From assembly GCA_017466725.1 (NCBI GenBank), contig JAFTTP010000001.1, positions 28,678 through 92,677 of the forward strand: DNA of 64,000 bases. Reading direction: 5' to 3'. The notes beneath the pieces were generated by a model that saw only the letters and a list, made by a program, of their open reading frames with translations, searched no databases and was not told the DNA's origin. Numbering within the stretch: the stretch's first letter is position 1; each line of letters begins with the position of its first letter. The position numbers were made by a program, and so were the translations under genes. Below are positions 57,253-64,000 of this stretch, piece by piece. This stretch comes from Clostridia bacterium. GTDB lineage: Bacteria > Bacillota > Clostridia > Christensenellales > UBA1242.

Positions 57253-57727
57253 TTTTACCTCTTTCGATGCCAAGTGCATTTAAAATTTCATCACTGGTGG
57301 CCATCATAACCTTTTCATCTTCTTTTTCAATATGGTCATAACCAAGCACATGCAATAAACCATGCAGAGCCAAGAATCCAACTTCTCGCTTTAAGCTGTG
57401 ACCATATTCCTTCGCTTGCTTTTTAGCCACCTTCTTGCAAATCACCACATCGCCTAAATAAATTTCACCGTTTGGCAAAACATCTTCCACAAATTCTTTG
57501 ACTTTTTGTGGATATACAATATTAAGCATTGGAAAAGACAGCACATCTGTTGCTCGGTCAACCTGTCTATATTGATTGTTGTACTGTTGAATTGTTTTTT
57601 CATCTACAAACGAAACAGTCAGTTCAAGCCCATCAACATTATTACCGGTTGTAATAAGTGCTTGGTCATAAATACGCTTTATCAGTTTTCTATACTTTCC
57701 TCTTACGTCTTCAAAATTGATTGTCAT
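57245..57727 (-). CDS. ybeY: rRNA maturation RNase YbeY
   Basis: TDVLSFP, LGDVVI, HGLLHVLGYDH. Confidence 0.96.
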   Translation of the reverse strand: MTINFEDVRGKYRKLIKRIYDQALITTGNNVDGLELTVSFVDEKTIQQYNNQYRQVDRATDVLSFPMLNIVYPQKVKEFVEDVLPNGEIYLGDVVICKKVAKKQAKEYGHSLKREVGFLALHGLLHVLGYDHIEKEDEKVMMATSDEILNALGIERGKNV

Positions 57728-58849
57728 TTATCCTCCAATGTTTCTTTGCAATGTGATTACATAACTCACTTGATGCCATCCATTGCCTTCTCTTACGTTG
57801 ACATTTTCTTCTTTTATTATCTCATTTTCTTGCAAAAAAATCAAGGCTTTTTGCCGAGCGTTTTCAATTATTTTAGACTTTACTTGACTAAAATCTTCTT
57901 TAACCTCTATCGTTTGCACCTCATACATTGTTATTTTCTTTAAATTTAATGGTAATACTATATTTTTAGTTAGAGGTTTAGTACAACACTCCACCTCGAA
58001 GTTATCAAATATCTTTTCTTTCGCGCTTGAATAAATCAATAAATTGTTAAGATATACCTCATTTATTTCAGCTTTTGCACCAGTACGCTGCGTTTGAATT
58101 GTATAATCATGGTGCACCTCTTCACCAATCAACCAAACATCTGCATATATATCCGCTTTAGGTTGAGTGTCAATTTTGTTGCCTTGAGAATCAAAGATGT
58201 ATGGATACACCAACACATCACCCTTTTTAACAATATCGCCTTCATTTACTGCAAGCGTACCTTGAATAAGTTGAATTTGATTTACCCGCCCATCATATTC
58301 ACTTACCATCGGCAAAAACTTACCGCTCATTTCTTCTGGAACATCAACTTCATTAACATTTATAACAAGACTTTGCCCTATAATTGCAACACTTACAGAT
58401 GAAATTTGTGCGTATCTGTCGCGCACTTGTTTTTCAACCTCTAGCGTGTCTATTTGACTTTTAAGCTTTGACGAGAGTAAATCATCAACAAAAGTCATAA
58501 TCTCGCCAGAAAGCCCGTTTTTTGCGCCAAAAACCTCTATTTTTAAAATAAAGTTATATTGCCCCGCATACAGCGCAACAGATAAAGCAAGCCCAATCAT
58601 AACGCCATAGCTTTTAATAAGCCTCGTAAAAAAATTAACAATACCAAAATTAGACAATGCAACAATTTCAATGTTATGTTTATCAAGCATTTTTTTTACT
58701 TTATTTCTATTTTTATATTCAACTTCAAAGTGAGAAATATTGTTATCTTCACGTTTAAAGTTGAAAATTTTTACATGTTTAACAAGGTGGTTTATTGCCC
58801 TTTCTTGATTGAGACCTTTTATAGTGATTTTACTGCGGTTTTTCATCAT
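57728..58849 (-). CDS. yqfD: Sporulation protein YqfD
   Basis: TM + POTRA-like region + GT.AV..GD.VKKGDVL; follows yqfC. Confidence 0.8.
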   Translation of the reverse strand: MMKNRSKITIKGLNQERAINHLVKHVKIFNFKREDNNISHFEVEYKNRNKVKKMLDKHNIEIVALSNFGIVNFFTRLIKSYGVMIGLALSVALYAGQYNFILKIEVFGAKNGLSGEIMTFVDDLLSSKLKSQIDTLEVEKQVRDRYAQISSVSVAIIGQSLVINVNEVDVPEEMSGKFLPMVSEYDGRVNQIQLIQGTLAVNEGDIVKKGDVLVYPYIFDSQGNKIDTQPKADIYADVWLIGEEVHHDYTIQTQRTGAKAEINEVYLNNLLIYSSAKEKIFDNFEVECCTKPLTKNIVLPLNLKKITMYEVQTIEVKEDFSQVKSKIIENARQKALIFLQENEIIKEENVNVREGNGWHQVSYVITLQRNIGG

Positions 58850-59115
58850 GATATGGTTTCCACCCTCTCAATTTTTCCTTGAATAAAAAGCACATTCTCG
58901 TTTAACTCGGCCAAAATAAGCCCGCTGCCGCAGACCTCAACTTGTCCTTTTTTGATTTTAAATGCTACCTTTTTATCTGAAAGCAGCAGTATACCTTTAT
59001 GCCCCTCCGCATACAGCAGCCGACCAGAAATATTGACGATGTTATAGTCATACAAAGCATCCTCTTTAACCTTCATCTTAGTTTTAATCTCATCAAAAAA
59101 ATTAAACACGCCCAC
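58846..59115 (-). CDS. yqfC: YabP/YqfC family sporulation protein
   Basis: EGHKGI, G.GL.L, I.GKI. Confidence 0.82.
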   Translation of the reverse strand: MGVFNFFDEIKTKMKVKEDALYDYNIVNISGRLLYAEGHKGILLLSDKKVAFKIKKGQVEVCGSGLILAELNENVLFIQGKIERVETIS

Positions 59116-59153
59116 CTCATTGTAAGATATGCGTGTTTATATTTTATTTTAAC

Positions 59154-59684
59154 TTAATCTTCAAATTTATTAAAAACATTTCCTAAAACAATCGCCTTGA
59201 TTTTTGGCGGAAGGTTTTTTATTTGCTGAAGAAGTTCTCCATCAAACACCCGCCTTGTAAAAGAATGTTCATTAAGAAATTCATCAAATTCTTCATCCCG
59301 CGACTTCTTCTTTGGCGTTGCCTTTTTCTTATCAAAATCATTTAAAAATAAATCATCAAAATCAGACTGTTTTGTTTGTTTTTTTACAGCAAAATCTGGC
59401 TCTTCTTTTTTTACTTCAGGTGTAGGCAGGTTAAACAAATCTGCAAACTCATTTTCATTGTCATCAGTAAGTGTTATATTTGCAAACGCCTCTTCTTCTT
59501 TGCGCTTGTCTTCTTCCTTCTGCTCTTTTATAGTCAGCTCTTCCTTCTCAGATTTTAATTTTTTAATGTTTTCATCAAGTTTTTGAGCTTTCTTTTTATT
59601 CTTTTTCTTGACAACTATAACCATAAGTACAACAGCACCTACAAACAACAGCGCCGCCCCTGCAATAATTATCCACTTAATCAT
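59154..59684 (-). CDS. Membrane-anchored charged hypothetical protein (YqfB position)
   Basis: N-terminal TM, coiled/acidic region, C-terminal KAIVLG.VF; follows floA. Confidence 0.65.
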   Translation of the reverse strand: MIKWIIIAGAALLFVGAVVLMVIVVKKKNKKKAQKLDENIKKLKSEKEELTIKEQKEEDKRKEEEAFANITLTDDNENEFADLFNLPTPEVKKEEPDFAVKKQTKQSDFDDLFLNDFDKKKATPKKKSRDEEFDEFLNEHSFTRRVFDGELLQQIKNLPPKIKAIVLGNVFNKFED

Positions 59685-60724
59685 TCGAACAAATCTCCTA
59701 CGTCATCGTCGCCAAATGGATCGCTATCCTTCTTTTCGGTAGAAATAATCGAACGCCTCATTGCAGTGTCTGCTTGAAGATTTAACAGTTTATAATAATC
59801 CATAACAGAGAAACGCCCCTCTTGAATTGCCTGACTAAGCGCTTTTGGCACTTCGGCCTCAGCTTCAAGCATAGATGCTTTTTTAGCCTCTGTTTTTGTT
59901 CTCATTTGAAGTTCTTTAATCTCTTCTAAATGTTTTCTTTTTTCGGCTTCAACAGCAGCATAAGCCTTCTCTTTTTCAGCCAATTGAATCTCTTTTTCCA
60001 ATTTTAAATCACGACCAATCTCAATTTTTGATATGGCAATATCTTCAACATTATACATTGATTTTTGCCCAATAACTCTAAGGTCTAAATTGCCTAAAAG
60101 TATTTTATTTGGGTCAATCAACACGTCTTTATAGCGGGCTGTATGAGAAATATTTTCAAGCAACCATGCATTAACTGTACTTTTAAGATCTTCTTCTCCC
60201 AATCCTTCTACATATTTAGCCAAATTTAATTTTACAGACACCTTTGCACTTGCAATAATTTCACGTTCATCTTGAGTAAACGCACGGATGTCTCCAACAA
60301 CAATAACCTTTGAATTAATTGCATTTTGAACTGCCTCAACAACATTGCCATTTGCAAGTTCAATTGCTGACGCAAGTGAAAAAGGGAGTTTAATTTCAGC
60401 GTCTGCCGCAAGTTTCATCGCCTTTAAAACTTCAGCTACATTTACGCCATTCTGCACCAAACTTTCAATTTCACTAAGTTTCACACCAAATTTAGATTTT
60501 TTCACTAAAACATATGCATTTGTAACTTCAACTACATCAAGTTTTCTATTCTTCATGCTGATAAGCTTAAATGTAGGGATGTACGCCCCACCAAACAAAG
60601 CTGTAAACCAACTCTTCATTGGCACAAAACAAAGATATACCACAAACGCAATAAGCAGTGCACCAAAAATTGAAACAGTAACTATCGACCCAGTACCAAA
60701 TTTTAACAATAAATTAATTGACAT
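59681..60724 (-). CDS. floA: Flotillin-like protein FloA, divergent
   Basis: EAEAEVPKAL, VMDYYKL.NLQADTAMR. Confidence 0.85.
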   Translation of the reverse strand: MSINLLLKFGTGSIVTVSIFGALLIAFVVYLCFVPMKSWFTALFGGAYIPTFKLISMKNRKLDVVEVTNAYVLVKKSKFGVKLSEIESLVQNGVNVAEVLKAMKLAADAEIKLPFSLASAIELANGNVVEAVQNAINSKVIVVGDIRAFTQDEREIIASAKVSVKLNLAKYVEGLGEEDLKSTVNAWLLENISHTARYKDVLIDPNKILLGNLDLRVIGQKSMYNVEDIAISKIEIGRDLKLEKEIQLAEKEKAYAAVEAEKRKHLEEIKELQMRTKTEAKKASMLEAEAEVPKALSQAIQEGRFSVMDYYKLLNLQADTAMRRSIISTEKKDSDPFGDDDVGDLFE

Positions 60725-60781
60725 ATCTGCCTCCGATAGCATAATTATAGCATACAAAAGACCGCTTGTAAATAGGCAATT

Positions 60782-61627
60782 TTATTTTTGTTGTTTTTTC
60801 TTGCCAAGCTCTCGCGTATAATAGAACAGATATTGTTGAGCATAACCAGACAATGCGCCAAACTTATCAACTAAATCTTTGCGCATAAATTCACGATTAT
60901 CCGTTTTATCAAAATATTGATTATACATTTGCGCCATCCACGTATCAATCGGAAAAGAATCACCTCGATGATAACCAAATAGAAGTATGCAATCAGCAAC
61001 TTTAGGTCCTATTCCTGCTAAGGAAATTAATTTGTTTCTTAAAGAGGCCGAATCAAGCCCTTTCCACTTTTGTAATACTTGTGGCGTAATTTGCGATAAT
61101 ACCTTTACTAAATATTTTGCCCGATAGCCAGCGCCGCAACCGGCAAAGAAATCTTCTGTTTGTGCTTTCAGTTTTTCATAACTTGGAAATGACCAAACAT
61201 CATCTGTAGTCCTTTCCCCAAGGGCCTGCCTTATGCGATTTAAAATCATCTTAATGCGCTTGATATTATTGTTTGCTGAAATGACAAACGAAATCAGCGT
61301 TTCAAATAAGTCTTGATTTAAAATCCTTATTCCTCCGCCAAATTCAATAGGCTTTTTCATAATATCATATTTTATTAAGTCGTCTTTAATTGCGTTATAA
61401 TCGGTGGCTAAATCAAAATAATCCACAAAAAACTCAGGATTATCTGTTTTTATAAAATAAAAAGTTTCTTTCTCTTCAATTTCAGCATACTGGTTTTGTG
61501 GATAACTTATATACTTATCGCCTACCTTTTCAAAGCAAAAAACCTGACCACACTCTAAAATGTGCTCAATATTAAACTGGCTTTTATCGTAAACCTTGAT
61601 ACCGTCATGTAATATTTCGTATTTCAT
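60782..61627 (-). CDS. 8-oxoguanine DNA glycosylase
   Basis: CGQVF, GIRIL.QD, ISANNNIKRI, GYRAKY, GIGPKVADC HhH, FPID. Confidence 0.92.
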   Translation of the reverse strand: MKYEILHDGIKVYDKSQFNIEHILECGQVFCFEKVGDKYISYPQNQYAEIEEKETFYFIKTDNPEFFVDYFDLATDYNAIKDDLIKYDIMKKPIEFGGGIRILNQDLFETLISFVISANNNIKRIKMILNRIRQALGERTTDDVWSFPSYEKLKAQTEDFFAGCGAGYRAKYLVKVLSQITPQVLQKWKGLDSASLRNKLISLAGIGPKVADCILLFGYHRGDSFPIDTWMAQMYNQYFDKTDNREFMRKDLVDKFGALSGYAQQYLFYYTRELGKKKQQK

Positions 61628-61727
61628 AACTTCATTTTACAATATTTAATCTTAAAAGAAAAGAATTTTTTATAAATTGTTTTGATTTTAAATTTATTTA
61701 TAATATACTAATAAAAAGGAGTTTGTT

Positions 61728-62198
61728 ATGAAAAAATCAGAAATAAGACTTATATTCATTATAATTATAGCATTGGCAATAACATCACTTGCAACTGCAT
61801 TTATTTCATACATAATATTTTTAACGGAGTGGCCCGATGCACTGAAATTTTTATCACCCGATGTCTATAATCACACTATACCTAATATTGTCACCTGCAC
61901 TATGTTTGCAATGCTATCAATTGCCACATTAATAACTATGCCTTTCTTCAAATACATCAAAAATGAAAAAATCAGAAAAATTGTTACAATAGCGTCAATG
62001 GCAGCGGTTTTAATTTTCAATTTGATTGCATGTTGCGTGGCAAAATACACAGACATTCAACGACTTTCAGGAGAAAATCTTATTAATATACTCACTCTTT
62101 CTATTTCAACTTTAATATTAATCCTTGCCATCGGCGGAATAATGTATTTAAACCATAAAGAGAATATAAGCAATTCTGAAAATATTGAAACTAAATAA
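61728..62198 (+). CDS. 4-TM hypothetical membrane protein
   Basis: AAGGAG RBS, four hydrophobic segments, terminator downstream. Confidence 0.7.
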   Translation: MKKSEIRLIFIIIIALAITSLATAFISYIIFLTEWPDALKFLSPDVYNHTIPNIVTCTMFAMLSIATLITMPFFKYIKNEKIRKIVTIASMAAVLIFNLIACCVAKYTDIQRLSGENLINILTLSISTLILILAIGGIMYLNHKENISNSENIETK

Positions 62199-62244
62199 GA
62201 TAACAAAAAAAAGATGACAAAATTGTCATCTTTTTTTAATTTTA

Positions 62245-62514
62245 TTATTCAACTGTAACAATCTTTTTGCCGTTGTGAGTGCCAAATTTTACTTTTCCAT
62301 CACAAGTAGCGAAAAGTGTATAGTCTTTACCCATTCCTACGTTCTTTCCTGGATAAATTTCAGTACCTCTTTGTCTTACAATGATTGAGCCTGCAGTAAC
62401 GTTTTCTCCGCCATATGCTTTAACTCCAAGACGTTTTGCTTGTGAATCACGGCCGTTTTTGGTACTTCCACCACCTTTCTTATGAGCAAAAAGTTGAGCA
62501 TTAAACTTAAACAT
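62245..62514 (-). CDS. rpmA: 50S ribosomal protein L27 with cleavable N-terminal extension
   Basis: [23 protein letters not shown]. Confidence 0.98.
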   Translation of the reverse strand: MFKFNAQLFAHKKGGGSTKNGRDSQAKRLGVKAYGGENVTAGSIIVRQRGTEIYPGKNVGMGKDYTLFATCDGKVKFGTHNGKKIVTVE

Positions 62515-62833
62515 TTTTTACCTCCAATTTTGCATATTTTTCTTCATCAAGAATTATAGATTTAAACGAATTTAAGCAGGTTTCAAACAGAAATTTGATT
62601 TTTTCATTTCTGGCATCATTAACTGATACTTCAATTTTAAGATAACCATCTTGAATTGTGTGAGTATTTTTCACTTTTTCAACTTCTGCCACCCCAACCA
62701 CTGCAAGTTGCGCAACCGTTGAAAGTTGACAGCAAAGCAAATCAATGCCGTCTTTGCGATTTTTACCTGCGTGTCCGCTTACTTCAAAACCTATAATCAC
62801 ATCGTTTTTCTTATAAAAAGTAATATTAGTCAT
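62507..62833 (-). CDS. prp: Ribosomal-processing cysteine protease Prp
   Basis: SGHA...D.LC; between rplU and rpmA. Confidence 0.88.
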   Translation of the reverse strand: MTNITFYKKNDVIIGFEVSGHAGKNRKDGIDLLCCQLSTVAQLAVVGVAEVEKVKNTHTIQDGYLKIEVSVNDARNEKIKFLFETCLNSFKSIILDEEKYAKLEVKNV

Positions 62834-62841
62834 AATAAACC

Positions 62842-63150
62842 TTACTTTTTAATTGATAAAATTCTTAATTGTGTGAAAGGTTGTCTGTGTCCTTGTTTCT
62901 TTCTTTCGTTTTTCTTTGGTTTGTATTTGAAAACAACGATTTTATCGCCTTTTCCGTGTGCAACAACTTCAGCTTCGCACACTGCACCAGAAACGATAGG
63001 ATTTCCAGCAACAACATTTCCGTTATCACTTACAAGCAAAACATTAAGTGTAACTTTTTCGCCTTCAGCTTTCTCAAGTTTTTCAACGCTGATAACGTCG
63101 TTTTCACTTACTTTGTATTGCTTTCCACCACATTCGATAATAGCAAACAT
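62842..63150 (-). CDS. rplU: 50S ribosomal protein L21
   Basis: MFAII..GGKQYKV, KYKPKK, GHRQPFT. Confidence 0.98.
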   Translation of the reverse strand: MFAIIECGGKQYKVSENDVISVEKLEKAEGEKVTLNVLLVSDNGNVVAGNPIVSGAVCEAEVVAHGKGDKIVVFKYKPKKNERKKQGHRQPFTQLRILSIKK

Positions 63151-63169
63151 TTTCTTTACCTCCTCTAAC

Positions 63170-63250
63170 CAAACTCGCTGTCAATTTCGGGTGTTAGGTG
63201 TTTTGTTGTAACCAATCACTAATCTTTTGAACCCTACACATGCGGATACG
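63170..63250 (-). promoter_or_regulatory. Probable L21 leader RNA
   Basis: 5' UTR with CCGCA...TAGGT/ACCTA stem and GCGAGT before the RBS. Confidence 0.6.
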
Positions 63251-63256
63251 TGTGTT

Positions 63257-63285
63257 ATTATAGCATACTGCCCTATTTTTGTCAA
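63257..63285 (-). promoter_or_regulatory. Consensus sigma-A promoter of the rplU operon
   Basis: TTGACA-17bp-TATAAT with TG extension. Confidence 0.88.
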
Positions 63286-63375
63286 GAGAAACAATAAAAA
63301 AGACTTGAATTTTCAAGTCTTTTTTATAATTACTTTAAGTTGCTTATTTCTAAAGGCGTTGCAAACTAAGTTTGC

Positions 63376-63999
63376 CTATTTTCTTCTAGAGTTTGATCTT
63401 TCTTTTCTATAACTCTTTTCTTTCTTATCAAGTTTTTTCTTACTTACAACAAAGTAAATGATTACACCTGCAAGAAGTGCCACAGAAAGTCCAATTAAAG
63501 CTCCGCCCCAACCGTCATTCTTATTGCCAGTCTTTGCTTTATCAGCGCCAACTTCAAATTCCTTCAACTTAGTTACTGAGTTGCCGTCTGCGTCAGTAAT
63601 TGTAATTGAAAGAGTATAAGTTCCTTTTTGGTTAAGGTCATATGAATAGTCATAATAGCCTTTTTCTGTTGCCTCGTTGTCAAGAGTTTCATATGAGTTG
63701 CTTTCATACTTAATTTTTACAACCATATCTTCAAGAAGACTTTCAACTGTATTTACAGCTTCATCGTCTTTCATTTCAAGATAATCAGCAACTGTTTCAT
63801 GAGAGAATGCAATGTGAAGAGTATCTCCAACCTTGTATCCTTCTTCCACAATTTCATCTTTAATTTCAAGTTCTGGGGCAACTACGTCACCAGCACTTAA
63901 AGTTACCGAATAAGTGTCTCCACCACCAACTGTTGCATCAACATTGTAAGAAATTGTATATTTTCCTGCTTTGTGGAATTTAAGGAATACTTTTCCTTC
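63376..63999 (-). CDS. Large surface protein, C-terminal part (Ig-like domains + TM anchor); 5' end outside window
   Basis: Frame open to window edge; AGKYTISY, D.VAP, GTYTLSITITDADGN; TM plus basic tail. Confidence 0.75.
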   Translation of the reverse strand, partial: EGKVFLKFHKAGKYTISYNVDATVGGGDTYSVTLSAGDVVAPELEIKDEIVEEGYKVGDTLHIAFSHETVADYLEMKDDEAVNTVESLLEDMVVKIKYESNSYETLDNEATEKGYYDYSYDLNQKGTYTLSITITDADGNSVTKLKEFEVGADKAKTGNKNDGWGGALIGLSVALLAGVIIYFVVSKKKLDKKEKSYRKERSNSRRK

Positions 64000-64000
64000 A

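Noticed and set aside
1-64000. CRISPR array, cas genes, rRNA, reverse transcriptase/DGR, IS transposase
   Set aside because: No regularly spaced repeats or diagnostic motifs seen by eye
1-64000. Numerous 60-210 aa antisense or alternate-frame ORFs in the track
   Set aside because: They overlap well-supported genes and lack RBSs and motifs; treated as shadow ORFs

Overview
AT-rich chromosomal window from a spore-forming Clostridia-like Firmicute (yqfC/yqfD, large Firmicute-type SRP RNA, T-box leader, rplU-prp-rpmA). Most of it is housekeeping: glmM, pepF, ileS, iscS, trxA, tcdA, hslUV, topA, dprA, comM, rplS, rpsU, mtaB, xfp, murC, murB, era, ybeY, floA, ogg. The main accessory feature is a ~7.9 kb decayed integrative element at tRNA-Thr(GGT) (45.9-53.8 kb). 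It carries an RloAB/AbiL-like ATPase-nuclease pair, a SLOG protein, a truncated tyrosine integrase and an intact 7-gene operon: orphan toxin-like gene, CPCC, CPCC, DUF4417-like, HNH, Ntox24-like toxin, CPCC-fusion. The operon sits behind an unusual double-promoter/hairpin leader and is my best candidate for an undescribed system. Other oddities: three tandem paralogs of an unknown WG-repeat-like family, a Bacteroides-type serine palmitoyltransferase, a HEPN-CBS fusion, an orphan HipA-like kinase with a 27-bp duplication, Cys-less IscU and TrmFO homologues, and a homopolymer frameshift in dprA. All family calls come from motif recognition by eye; no searches were run.
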